A stretch of 64,000 nucleotides of DNA from Bacteroidales bacterium (GCA_023146135.1 JAGLCR010000042.1:7857-71856); one strand, 5' to 3'. Counted from the first letter of the stretch, positions 10,301 through 19,799 are shown. Numbers and translations: made by a program. The notes: generated by a model not told the origin, from the letters alone.

Positions 10301-11188
10301 AGGGGAGCTTTTCACCTGGCACGGGAACTAAAGCTTGATATTCTGCCTATAATACTTCATGGATTACGATTTGTGTTAAATACTAATGAATTCTTTGTGC
10401 GTCGCTCGCAAATGACTACTAAGATTCTTGGTCGTATCGATTTGTCAACTGGAGAATATGGATCAACTTTAATGAAACAATCTAGGCGAATATATGATTA
10501 TTTTAGTGAAGAGAATATTAAGTTGTGTCGACATATTGAAAAACCAGAATATTATCGAGGACGTTTAACAATGAGTTATTTATTTCGTTCTCCTATTATT
10601 GAATGGTATATGAAAATAAAAACCAAAATGGAGGATAACTATAAATATTTTGATGAGATAGTGCCTCGAAATGCCAAGGTTTCGGACTTGGGTTGTGGCT
10701 ATGGGTTTTTGGTGCATACATTAGCGCAAACTTCTGATTCACGTGTTTTTGTGGGAGTTGATTTTGATGCAGATAAGATTGTTATTGCGCAAAATATTTC
10801 ATTAGCTTCTGAGAGAACTCGGTTTGTACATGCTGATTTAACACAATATCAAGTAGAGCCTTCTGATGTGATTATTATTAACGATACTTTGCATTATTTG
10901 AGTTTTGATCAACGAAATGCTGTGGTTTGCAATGCTTACAAGAAGCTTAATGAAAAAGGCTTATTGATTATTCGGGATGGGGATCGCGAAATGGAAAAAA
11001 AGCATAAGGTGACTAAAATGTCGGAAGTTTTATCGACCTTTATCAAATTTAATAAAGCAAAATATGGTGATTTAGACTTTTTGAGTAGAACAGAGATGAT
11101 GGAGATCTCTAATAATCTAGGCGCTGATCTTGAGGTGGTTGACAATACTCAGTTTACTTCGAACGTGATATATATATTGAGGAATTAG
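7361..11188 (+). CDS. MMPL/RND exporter fused to PlsC acyltransferase and SAM methyltransferase
   Basis: Two TM bundles with GMSIDF and GLGIDY; NHQSHVD and FPEGTR (PlsC); DLGCGYG (methyltransferase). Confidence 0.9.
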   Translation: MGRVLYLFHSFFIKFRWFSSALLLLIILLSVLSISRLNFSEDISRILPDSKNVRQLKYILKESTLMNKVIFDIHLANDSIDPAKLVDYAEHMSDFLESDSLKPYFRSLQLRVDDSQMLDMMELVHSNLPYFLEAKDYERIAEKIQIDSIDQIVDAGYKSMLSPIGFVSSKYFLEDPFGIQFMALQKFQSFNLSDKVVLYQGHIMNHEKSDLFLFANLNKANSSEDNSFVFSNIERLQEQLALTYPEVRLEVFGGALVALENEHIIKRDVALTLTITLILLVSLIAYFFRRRRAVIVIFVPTLLGGILALGVLSLFNDEISIISLGIGAVLLGMSIDFSLHLYSHYREHHSISKMFSQVSVPILLSMSTTVVAFLALRLLHSEVLSDLGLFASLSIFFSAILSLTLFPILIKKSNAKRVETSTILDKISSYEAYKNGKLMLIVVAISAVLFYVGGDIPFDSDMLKSNYISTKTDLAEQRINRVFGKANKDLFIISVAKNQNQVLEQNHYLNLVLDSLVNVGVINQYSTVNKLIKSEKEQHMALAIWDKFWDDNYSYADSLLESKAQSRGFKKSAFSKFNQLVKKSYKGISVDEKVLMSKLILNDFLIESDSMRAAITVLKIDDVKAAKQAIDQRIDNPNIWVYNSQVFVTKLIDKLSENMNKLVYLSLLLVFLILLLYFGRIELALITLIPIVFGYIWTVGLMSIMGIQFNIFNIIVLSFIFGLGIDYGIFITKGMLQKYTHNIDVIREYRSSISLSFFTTIIGVGALIFAHHPALRSIAIMAIIGISSTLIVTFTMQSWALNFILYNKGKKRMKPVTLIDFVLSILALTYFVSGSIFLTIVSFVFRAIPFGTKVKKKIFHRVLQAFSWWMIYANIFSKKLIINPSKEDFSRPSIIIANHQSHVDVMLILLLHPKLLILTNEKQWNSWLYGQVLQYADFLPTSLPHEELIERLQKKVDMGYSIVVFPEGTRNTKPELLKFQRGAFHLARELKLDILPIILHGLRFVLNTNEFFVRRSQMTTKILGRIDLSTGEYGSTLMKQSRRIYDYFSEENIKLCRHIEKPEYYRGRLTMSYLFRSPIIEWYMKIKTKMEDNYKYFDEIVPRNAKVSDLGCGYGFLVHTLAQTSDSRVFVGVDFDADKIVIAQNISLASERTRFVHADLTQYQVEPSDVIIINDTLHYLSFDQRNAVVCNAYKKLNEKGLLIIRDGDREMEKKHKVTKMSEVLSTFIKFNKAKYGDLDFLSRTEMMEISNNLGADLEVVDNTQFTSNVIYILRN

Positions 11189-11192
11189 TTTA

Positions 11193-12692
11193 ATGAATAA
11201 GTACGATATAGTAATAATTGGTAGTGGCCTTGGTGGACTAAAAACTGCATATATTTTAGCCAAAGAGGGCTTGAGTGTATGTGTGTTGGAGCAAGGCGAT
11301 CAGTTTGGAGGTGCTATTCAGAATTTTAAACGAGAAGGTGTGGTTTTTGATACTGGAGCGCATTATGTTGGTGCTTTAGATCAGGGACAATTATTGCATC
11401 GGTTTTTCAATTATTTTGATTTGAATTCAAGGGTGAATGTAAAACGCCTCGATCAAGACTGCTTTGATAAGATAAGCTTTGGTGATGATGATAAACAATA
11501 TGCTCATGCAATGGGTTTTGATAATTTTACAGAAAAAATTAGCCTTGCGTTTCCAAAAGAAAGAGAAATTGTTAGTCGATATGCAAAGGATGTGAAGAAA
11601 ATGGGAGATGCTTTTCCTCTTTTTAATATGAGTGCAACTTCTGCAGTAGAAGAAGTTGGCAAGTACACTAAAACATCCCTTTCTGATTATATAAGTTCTT
11701 TAACTCCTAATAAACGATTGCAAAACGTATTTTTAGGAAGCAATCTTTTATATACTGGTGAGGAAAATAAAACGCCTTTGTATGTACATGGATTGATTAC
11801 AAATTCATACATACAAAGCTCGTATCGCTTTGTTGGAGGAAGTGGTCAATTGGCGGAATTTTTAATTGATTCGATTCGTAGCTTTGGTGGTATCGTCCTA
11901 AAGAAAAAGAAGGTTGTGAAGTTGAATATGAAGGGGAGTAGAATTTCTCATGCCGAAACGGATGAAGGAGAAGTGTTTTTTGCTGATCATTTTATCTCAA
12001 ATGTGCATCCAAAACCTACTTTTGAAATGCTTCCCGCTGATATTACAAAAAAAGTTTATTTCAGAAGGGTGTCAAGTATTGAGAATACGGTTTCGGTGTT
12101 TAGTCTGTATATTGTTTTCAAGAAAAATAAGTTCAAGTATTTGAATTATAATGTATACCATCATCGAAATAATGATGTGTGGACTAGTAAAAAATATAAT
12201 TTGTCTGATTGGCCAAAAAGCTTACTTTTTCTTACTCAGCCTCCTGAAAATGGTGGTGAGTTTGCAGATGGAGCTACAGTGATGAGCCTTATGAATTATT
12301 CGGAGTTTGAGAAATGGGAAGGTACTGAGATTGAAAAACGACCGGATGATTATAATGAGCTAAAAAGAATACGTGAAGAACGATTATTAGATTTTGTAGA
12401 GGAAAGATTCCCAGGTATTAGAGAGTCTATCCAGTCTGTATACTCTTCTACACCACTCACCTATAAAGATTATACTGCAACAGCCGAGGGTGCTATTTAT
12501 GGAGTTACTCGTGATTTCAATGCACAATCACGTAATGCAATTATGACGAATACTAAAGTTCCAAATTTGTACCTTACAGGTCAGAATGTGAATCTGCACG
12601 GTGTATTGGGAGTTGGCGTAGGGGCTCTTATGACTGCGTCAAAGTTTTTAGGAATGGATTATTTACTAAAGAAAATGAGTGATGGAGAATAA
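11193..12692 (+). CDS. FAD-dependent oxidoreductase, phytoene desaturase/retinol saturase family
   Basis: IGSGLGG, FDTGAHY, LYLTGQN..HG. Confidence 0.87.
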   Translation: MNKYDIVIIGSGLGGLKTAYILAKEGLSVCVLEQGDQFGGAIQNFKREGVVFDTGAHYVGALDQGQLLHRFFNYFDLNSRVNVKRLDQDCFDKISFGDDDKQYAHAMGFDNFTEKISLAFPKEREIVSRYAKDVKKMGDAFPLFNMSATSAVEEVGKYTKTSLSDYISSLTPNKRLQNVFLGSNLLYTGEENKTPLYVHGLITNSYIQSSYRFVGGSGQLAEFLIDSIRSFGGIVLKKKKVVKLNMKGSRISHAETDEGEVFFADHFISNVHPKPTFEMLPADITKKVYFRRVSSIENTVSVFSLYIVFKKNKFKYLNYNVYHHRNNDVWTSKKYNLSDWPKSLLFLTQPPENGGEFADGATVMSLMNYSEFEKWEGTEIEKRPDDYNELKRIREERLLDFVEERFPGIRESIQSVYSSTPLTYKDYTATAEGAIYGVTRDFNAQSRNAIMTNTKVPNLYLTGQNVNLHGVLGVGVGALMTASKFLGMDYLLKKMSDGE

Positions 12693-14196
12693 TCGTATCC
12701 TTGTTATTGGCGGTGGTCTTGGTGGACTTATGACAGCAATTATTCTTCAGAAAAATAATTATGATGTTACTATTGTTGAGAAAAATAGTAGGGCAGGGGG
12801 TCTATTGCAGAGTTTTAAACGCAAGACTTGCAATTTTGACACTGGCATGCATTATATTGGTAGCCTCGACAAAGGTCAAGTGATGTATAAACTTTTTAAG
12901 TATTTCGAAATATTTGATATGCTTAATCTTAAACGGATGGATGCTGACCGATACGATGTGTTCAAGATTGGAGATAAAACTTATAATTATCCTTTTGGTT
13001 GGAAAGCTTTTAAAAAGCAAATGTTGGATTATTTTCCAAATGAAGGAGAGGCATTGGAAAAATATGTAAGAAAAGTTATAGAGGTGTCCAAAAGTCACGA
13101 CCTTTATAGTTTGCGTTATCCTATTGATGAAAGTATGACTCAATCATCATATATGGAGGAGGGTGTTGATGATTTTGTGAAAAGCATAACCAATAATGTG
13201 GAATTGCAAAATGTTCTTTTGGCAACTAATCCCATTTATGCCGGGCGACAACATAAATCGTCATTATATATGCATTCGGTTATACATAATTATTATAATA
13301 ATAGTGCATATAAGGTTGTTGGTGGTGGAGAAGAAGTGGCTCAATCCTTTGTAAAAGTGTTTACTGGTTTGGGTGGTAAAATTATCGTCAATGAGGAGAT
13401 TGTAAAGCTTGATGTGAAAGAGAAAAGTGTTGTTGGAGCTATTTCCAGATCTGGACAAAAGTATGAGTCCGATTATTTTATTTCAAACGTTCACCCTAGT
13501 TTAACAATGAAAATGGTGGATGATCAATTTTTACGCAAGTCGTATAAAAAAAGGCTGTTGAATCAAAAAAACACCATCTCTACTTTTAGTCTTCATATAA
13601 AGTTGAAAAAGAGTGTTGTTCCAAGTATGAACTATACTTTTTACCGATATTTGGATAATAATATTTGGTCTGTTGATAATTATAAACCAGACACACTGCC
13701 CAATGAGTATATCATTTATACTCCAGCAACTAACGATAGTGAAACCATGAGTAAGTGCATTAGTGTACTTACCTATATGAGCTATGATCAAGTGAAACAG
13801 TGGGAGGGAACAAGCCATAAGTCTCGGCCAAAAGATTACTTGCAGTGGAAACAACAAATGGTAGATAAAATATTGAAAGTATTGGAGGAGGATTTTCCTG
13901 GTATTGTGGGTAATATAGAACATGTGGAGGCCTTGAGTCCTTTAAGTTATAAAGATTATGTGAATAATGTAGCGGGTGAAATGTATGGAATAGAGCATGA
14001 TTTTAATAATGCATTATACTCTAAGATATTTCCTAAAACAAAACTGAAGAACTTATATTTAACTGGTCAAAATATAAATATGCATGGTATGTTAGGTGTG
14101 GCTCTAGCTAGTTTGCTTACAGTGAAAGACTTTGTTCCTATTAATGATTTGTTAAAGGATATAAATCCTGAAAATGATATAGATATAGTACAATAA
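12679..14196 (+). CDS. second FAD-dependent oxidoreductase, same family
   Basis: IGGGLGG, FDTGMHY, LYLTGQN..HG; tandem paralog. Confidence 0.87.
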   Translation: MMENNRILVIGGGLGGLMTAIILQKNNYDVTIVEKNSRAGGLLQSFKRKTCNFDTGMHYIGSLDKGQVMYKLFKYFEIFDMLNLKRMDADRYDVFKIGDKTYNYPFGWKAFKKQMLDYFPNEGEALEKYVRKVIEVSKSHDLYSLRYPIDESMTQSSYMEEGVDDFVKSITNNVELQNVLLATNPIYAGRQHKSSLYMHSVIHNYYNNSAYKVVGGGEEVAQSFVKVFTGLGGKIIVNEEIVKLDVKEKSVVGAISRSGQKYESDYFISNVHPSLTMKMVDDQFLRKSYKKRLLNQKNTISTFSLHIKLKKSVVPSMNYTFYRYLDNNIWSVDNYKPDTLPNEYIIYTPATNDSETMSKCISVLTYMSYDQVKQWEGTSHKSRPKDYLQWKQQMVDKILKVLEEDFPGIVGNIEHVEALSPLSYKDYVNNVAGEMYGIEHDFNNALYSKIFPKTKLKNLYLTGQNINMHGMLGVALASLLTVKDFVPINDLLKDINPENDIDIVQ

Positions 14197-14203
14197 TAAA
14201 ATA

Positions 14204-15862
14204 ATGAAGAAGAAAATACTTATAGGCATAGTACTTTTATTAGCTGGTTTTGCCGTCTATTTTAATATTCGAGTCCGTATTGCCGAACCTGAGGTTTCTC
14301 TTGTTCAATTCAGTACGGTGAAACGCCTTGAGGTAGATTCTAACTTTTATAGCATCAAAAACAACTGGCTTCGACAGAATGAAAAAGGACTATGGGAAAT
14401 GTATGTTGAAGGTAGTCCAATTGAACTTGGTGTGTATGAAGGTAGATTAGGCAAAGAATTGATATATAAACAAGAGGAAGCATTTGTTAACCAGATGAAA
14501 CAAATTGTTCCGTCCGATTTCTATCTACGCTTTTTACGATATATTATTGGTTGGTTTAATCGTGATATTGATATGCATGTTATCGACCGTTATCAGAAAG
14601 AGATTTATGGGGTATCACTCTCTACTTCCAATGATTTTGACTTTATTGCCAGTGGATATCAACGTATGCTCAACTATCATGGAGCACATGATATTGGTCA
14701 TGCACTGAAGGATTTGGCCATAGTGGGCTGTACTTCTTTTATTGCTAACCAAAATCGTAATGACTCAGATATGGTAGTAGGGCGAAATTTTGACTTCTAT
14801 ATAAACGATGATTTTTCTAAAGATAAAATAATTGCTTTTGTGTCACCCGATAGCGGATATCAATTTGCCTATATCACTTGGGCAAGCATGATTGGGGTAG
14901 TTTCGGGTATGAATACCGAGGGTATTACTGTTACTATTAATGCCGCTAAGTCTGATATTCCTTCTGAAGCCAAAACCCCAATTTCACTTTTAACACGTGA
15001 AATACTTCAGTTCTCTTCTAATATTGAAGAAGCTGTTGCCATTGCTCAGAGTAGAGATATTTTTGTTTCGGAGTCTATTTTGGTGGCATCAGCAAATGAT
15101 GATATGGCGGTGATTATTGAGAAAACACCTTCCAAAATGGGGCTTTATTATAAAAGAACGAGCCAGATGGTGAGCTCAAATCATTATCAAGGGAAGTTGT
15201 TTGATAATGATGAAAATAATATCAAAAATATTGAGGAGTCTGCTTCATTTTACCGGCAGCAGCGCTGCGAGCAATTGTTAGCTGATTATAATGATTCTGT
15301 TTCGGTACTTGCAGCGAGCAATATTTTAAGAGATACTCGTGGATTGGGTGATGCTGATATTGGTTTGGGAAATGAAAAAGCAATGAACCAGCTGATTTCG
15401 CATCATAGTGTGATTTTTTTACCTAAGCGTTTGCAAATATGGGTCTCTACTGCTCCTTACCAATTGGGTGAATATCTTTGCTACGATCTTAATGAAGTGT
15501 TTGCTATGAAGCAAGTGCCAGCAATAAGCACTGTTTTGTATAAGCAGAATTTGACTATCGCTGAAGACACCCTTTTGCATTCTAAAGCATATGCAGGATT
15601 TGTTCGCCTAAAAGAACTTAAGATCATGATTCAAAATGCTATAGATGCTGACAGCCCATTGGAGAATGATGTGATATTGATGAATGAATTAGCCGCTTGC
15701 GATGTTAATTATTTTTATACTTATGAGCTGATTGGCAACTATTGGTTGCACTTTGGTGAAAAGGCGAAGGCAATTGATAGTTATAGTAAAGCATTGAGTT
15801 TAGAGATTGCCAATAAGTGGGAAACCGAAAGGATAAATGGCTCATTATTAAAAGCAGAATAG
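14204..15862 (+). CDS. C45-family Ntn-hydrolase/acyltransferase with C-terminal TPR
   Basis: GCTSF autoproteolytic Cys, GRNFDF, SGMN; N-terminal membrane anchor. Confidence 0.85.
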   Translation: MKKKILIGIVLLLAGFAVYFNIRVRIAEPEVSLVQFSTVKRLEVDSNFYSIKNNWLRQNEKGLWEMYVEGSPIELGVYEGRLGKELIYKQEEAFVNQMKQIVPSDFYLRFLRYIIGWFNRDIDMHVIDRYQKEIYGVSLSTSNDFDFIASGYQRMLNYHGAHDIGHALKDLAIVGCTSFIANQNRNDSDMVVGRNFDFYINDDFSKDKIIAFVSPDSGYQFAYITWASMIGVVSGMNTEGITVTINAAKSDIPSEAKTPISLLTREILQFSSNIEEAVAIAQSRDIFVSESILVASANDDMAVIIEKTPSKMGLYYKRTSQMVSSNHYQGKLFDNDENNIKNIEESASFYRQQRCEQLLADYNDSVSVLAASNILRDTRGLGDADIGLGNEKAMNQLISHHSVIFLPKRLQIWVSTAPYQLGEYLCYDLNEVFAMKQVPAISTVLYKQNLTIAEDTLLHSKAYAGFVRLKELKIMIQNAIDADSPLENDVILMNELAACDVNYFYTYELIGNYWLHFGEKAKAIDSYSKALSLEIANKWETERINGSLLKAE

Positions 15863-15863
15863 A

Positions 15864-17132
15864 ATGAAAAGAACGGAGAAAAATAGCAGTTTAATAGCAC
15901 TTTTACAATATGTAAATGAAAATTCTGATTTTTATAAGCAGTTATTTAGTGCAAATAAAATTGATATCAAACAGATAAAGTCTATTGCTGATTTGTCCAT
16001 ATTGCCTACAGTTTCAAAGGTGGATTTGCAACAACAAAATTCCGATTTTTATTGTATTAAAAATAGTGAGATTGCAGATATTGTCACCACATCGGGTACT
16101 TTAGGAAACCCTGTTACGGTACCTTTAAGTAAGCGTGATTTGGACCGCTTGGCAAATAACGAAGCTAGGTCTTTTGCTATGGCAGGAGTAGATTCAAAAG
16201 ATATAATTCAGCTAATGGTGACGCTTGACATGCGTTTTATGGCGGGCTTGGCCTATTTTTTAGGCGTTCAAAAACTGGGTGCTACATCATTGCGTATTGG
16301 ACCCGGATCGCCAGTTATTCAATTGGAGAATATTGATAAGTTTAAATCTACGGTTTTGGTTGGTGTGCCTTCTTTTATCGCAAAAATTGTGGATTATGCA
16401 GAGCAAAATAATATTGATATTAACGCCACTTCGGTACGTAAAATCATATGTATTGGTGATGCTATACGTGATGAGAATTTGGAGTTAAATTCCATCGGAA
16501 AGCGTATTAATGATATATGGAAAGTAGATTTATACTCAACCTATGCATCAACCGAAATGGCTACCGCTTTTACCGAATGTGATATTGCACAGGGTGGGCA
16601 TTTGCAAGAAGATTTGCTGATAGTGGAAATTCTGGATGATAAAGGAAATAATTTGCCTCATGGTGAATTGGGTGAAGTAACTATTACTACCTTAGGGATT
16701 GAAGGGATGCCCTTGGTTCGATTTCGAACAGGAGATATGGCATTTATTATTGATGAACCATGTGCTTGTGGCAATAAAAGTATTCGTTTGAGCCCAATTA
16801 TTGGTCGTAAAGAGCAAATGATTAAGCTGAAAGGTACTACCATATATCCGTCTGGTATTATTGATGTGATTAATGATTGCCCAGAGATTACCAATTTTTT
16901 TATAGAGGTTAGATCCGACCAGTTGGGTATGGACAAAGTAAGTGTGGTAGTTGGTAGTGATGAAGGCTCTAATCAGTGTATCAATAATCTTGCGGAGAAC
17001 TTTAGAAGTAAAATACGTGTTGTTCCTGAGATTATTATTCAGTCAAACATACAAGTTATAAGCAACCTAAATAAGCATAAGGGACGTAAGCCAAAAGTAT
17101 TTTTTGATTTGCGTAAAGGGCAAAAGTATTAG
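15864..17132 (+). CDS. phenylacetate-CoA ligase family (aryl-CoA/ACP ligase)
   Basis: TSGTLG, YASTE, RFRTGD, IGR adenylation motifs. Confidence 0.88.
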   Translation: MKRTEKNSSLIALLQYVNENSDFYKQLFSANKIDIKQIKSIADLSILPTVSKVDLQQQNSDFYCIKNSEIADIVTTSGTLGNPVTVPLSKRDLDRLANNEARSFAMAGVDSKDIIQLMVTLDMRFMAGLAYFLGVQKLGATSLRIGPGSPVIQLENIDKFKSTVLVGVPSFIAKIVDYAEQNNIDINATSVRKIICIGDAIRDENLELNSIGKRINDIWKVDLYSTYASTEMATAFTECDIAQGGHLQEDLLIVEILDDKGNNLPHGELGEVTITTLGIEGMPLVRFRTGDMAFIIDEPCACGNKSIRLSPIIGRKEQMIKLKGTTIYPSGIIDVINDCPEITNFFIEVRSDQLGMDKVSVVVGSDEGSNQCINNLAENFRSKIRVVPEIIIQSNIQVISNLNKHKGRKPKVFFDLRKGQKY

Positions 17133-17168
17133 GCTTGCGGATTTGTGATATTAAAAATTAGTTAAGCC

Positions 17169-17585
17169 CTATTCACCAATGAAAATCTTCATTTCGCATG
17201 ATGCCATCAATTGATGGTTGATATCGTATATTTTACCTTCTACAATATCCACATTAAGCACTTTGGTTACAATCGTTATCTTGGTATTTATGGTAGAGCC
17301 CACTGGAGGTTGCTTAAATATTTTCACATTCTTAAGTGCGCCAATATAACCTAGTTTTACCTCTTCATTTTTTACTTTAAAGGAGTAACCAGCACCTGCA
17401 GCAGCAGTTTGTGCAATATTCTCAATCATTCCCTCTTCTTGAAAAAAACCATTCTTGGAAAAGAGATTATCCGATTTAATGGTAAAAGATGATGAAAATG
17501 TTTTTTCCTCAAAATGCAGTAATTTATCCACCATTATAAATGGTGAACGCTGCGGAATCAACTCTTCAATTGGATAGTCGTACAT
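17169..17585 (-). CDS. hotdog-fold dehydratase (ApeP-like)
   Basis: LIPQRSPFIMVD and IENIAQTAAA. Confidence 0.82.
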   Translation of the reverse strand: MYDYPIEELIPQRSPFIMVDKLLHFEEKTFSSSFTIKSDNLFSKNGFFQEEGMIENIAQTAAAGAGYSFKVKNEEVKLGYIGALKNVKIFKQPPVGSTINTKITIVTKVLNVDIVEGKIYDINHQLMASCEMKIFIGE

Positions 17586-18650
17586 CTACTTCTTTTTTAC
17601 CTCAAATAAAGTATGACTCACGCCAATATTATCATAATCATTAACAATTTTCATATTTGCTTGATCAATTAGCTTAATCAAGTCGCTAGAATGATACATT
17701 TGACTGTTGCCATTGGCTATATTGGTGAAATACAAAGAAGTGGCGTGAAGACTATAAGTTGAGGCTTCGTATTTCTGACGGTCCCAATAGGTTTCCAAAA
17801 TAAATAATGAGCCATCCTGATCCAATGCATCATAAGAACGTTGTAGGAGTGTTAGTATTTGTTCTTTTGAAAAACAATCTAAAAACTGACTCATCCATAT
17901 TGTATTATAACCCTTTGGAAAAGGGGTTGTTGCATCAAGTAAGTTGATAGAGTGGGTGTTGATTCGATTGCCAAACCCTGCTTCCTTAATATTTTTATCA
18001 GCAACTGCAGTTTGACCAGGAAGATCAAGAATAGTCATCTGGTTTTCATCATTATAGGCGGCACATTTGATGGAGAATTTGCCAGTGTTTCCACCCACAT
18101 CCAATACTTTTCTGCCGCCTTTTTTAAACACGATTTCCATAATCTCGGGAAAAGCTGTGTCAGAATAGAAATGATCAAAATCGAACCAGCTTTCTTGTAC
18201 ATCTTCAGGTAGCTGAGAGAGCCCTTCGTAAACAGTGTCCCAATTACCAAACGTTTTTAGCCCAGTAGGTTTTCCCTCTTTTATTGAATTGTGGAAATCA
18301 AAAAATCCTAAATAATTAACATCGTGAGTAAAATTCATATTTACACGTGTAAGCTCGTCACTCGCCATAAAGAAGCCTGTTTTGGTAACTTTGTATATGC
18401 TATTATCCACAAATACAAGTTCCATGCTTAAGCCAGCCTCAAGTAACACTTTTACTCCATAAACAGATACATCTAACTCTTTGGCAATATTTTCAATACT
18501 GTCACCTTTTCGATGTTTAAGTAAATAGCTAAGAATGCCAAAATCTCTTAGTGCTTTTGCTGCTTGAAACATAATGGGGCCAAAAGCAATTTTCTGTGCA
18601 TCGAATTTAGCTTGAACAGCTGATTTTTTGTCATTACCGTGATCAATCAT
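17586..18650 (-). CDS. SAM-dependent O-methyltransferase (Methyltransf_2 type)
   Basis: LDVGGNTG, LDLP, MSQFLDCF; N-terminal dimerisation HTH. Confidence 0.88.
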   Translation of the reverse strand: MIDHGNDKKSAVQAKFDAQKIAFGPIMFQAAKALRDFGILSYLLKHRKGDSIENIAKELDVSVYGVKVLLEAGLSMELVFVDNSIYKVTKTGFFMASDELTRVNMNFTHDVNYLGFFDFHNSIKEGKPTGLKTFGNWDTVYEGLSQLPEDVQESWFDFDHFYSDTAFPEIMEIVFKKGGRKVLDVGGNTGKFSIKCAAYNDENQMTILDLPGQTAVADKNIKEAGFGNRINTHSINLLDATTPFPKGYNTIWMSQFLDCFSKEQILTLLQRSYDALDQDGSLFILETYWDRQKYEASTYSLHATSLYFTNIANGNSQMYHSSDLIKLIDQANMKIVNDYDNIGVSHTLFEVKKK

Positions 18651-18657
18651 AATGTGT

Positions 18658-19548
18658 TTATTTCCAAAATTTATAATAGTTAAACCATTGCTCAGGATAC
18701 TTATGAAGCATTTTTTTCAAAGCTAAGGTGTAATCGTTCATTAGTTCTATAGTCTTTTCATTAAGCTCTTTAGGATTTGTTCTCTTAAGATTGCTTATTG
18801 GTTTTGTAGCATAAAAATGATAATGCTTATTACTTTCTTTCATTGCAAAAGCGAAAGTGATAGGCTTTCTAAATTTTAAGGCTAATAAAAAAGGACCCAT
18901 TGGGAAATCGGCTTTATGTCCCATAAAATCAAGCTCAGCGATATTACTATCGTCAACAAAACGATCGCCATGTAATATGACAAATTCGTTCTTATCAAGA
19001 GCTTTTTTTATCTTTATCAAATACGAAAAATCATCAGTAATATTGATAATGTTCATTTGTTTCAAATGTACAGCTTTTTCAATTACTTCATTGATGGCCT
19101 CATCCTCATTGAGCTTCATTACAATGTTTACTTTAATGTCGATACGACTCATCAACTGACCTGCTATTTCCCAATTGCCAATATGTGCTCCTACAATAAT
19201 ACCTCCATTTCCTTCCTGGGCAAGCTGATGGAAGTGCTTTTCGCCATCAAAATCAAAACTAAATTTGGGATCATTGCCAGATAGGAGCGCTACTTTGTCG
19301 AGTATGCTTACTCCAATGGCATAAAAATTTTTGAAAGTGTACTTTTGACTTTTCCAATAGCTAAACTGATGGATATTCCTGAAGTACCAAAGGATGTACT
19401 TTTTTGATTTTAAGGAGAATAGGAAAAAATATAGGGCTACAAAATTTAGAATAAGATAAGCTGTATTAAGACCAAAGAAATTAATTAAAGCAATAAAAAT
19501 TTTATAGCCTGTGGCATTTCCTTTTGATTTGCCTTCCCATTCAGACAT
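18658..19548 (-). CDS. LpxL-like acyltransferase (ApeK-like)
   Basis: WEGKSKG start, AHIGNWE, GDR, PEQWFNY. Confidence 0.88.
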   Translation of the reverse strand: MSEWEGKSKGNATGYKIFIALINFFGLNTAYLILNFVALYFFLFSLKSKKYILWYFRNIHQFSYWKSQKYTFKNFYAIGVSILDKVALLSGNDPKFSFDFDGEKHFHQLAQEGNGGIIVGAHIGNWEIAGQLMSRIDIKVNIVMKLNEDEAINEVIEKAVHLKQMNIINITDDFSYLIKIKKALDKNEFVILHGDRFVDDSNIAELDFMGHKADFPMGPFLLALKFRKPITFAFAMKESNKHYHFYATKPISNLKRTNPKELNEKTIELMNDYTLALKKMLHKYPEQWFNYYKFWK

Positions 19549-19799
19549 TATGCTGGCGCATTCTTTTGATCGTAAATGTAATTGTATAAATCGTCTAGTG
19601 TACGTAGGTTTGTAAGGTCTTCATTTTTCACTTTAAAGCCAAAATCCTTTTCTATTATTACAACAATGTCAACAAAGTCAAGGCTCTCAATCTCAAGGTC
19701 ATTCATTAGATGTGCTTCAGGGCTTAAGTCCTCGGCATCTAATTCAAACTCCTCAATTAAAAAACTGTTAACTATCTCTATGATTTCTGCTTTCTCCAT
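19548..19799 (-). CDS. acyl carrier protein (start revised to ATG 19799)
   Basis: 83 aa, acidic, DLEIESLDFVD motif. Confidence 0.9.
   Translation of the reverse strand: MEKAEIIEIVNSFLIEEFELDAEDLSPEAHLMNDLEIESLDFVDIVVIIEKDFGFKVKNEDLTNLRTLDDLYNYIYDQKNAPA

Noticed and set aside
11193-14196. Carotenoid biosynthesis (crtI)
   Set aside because: No crtB, crtY or crtE nearby; the context is KS/ACP type II PKS
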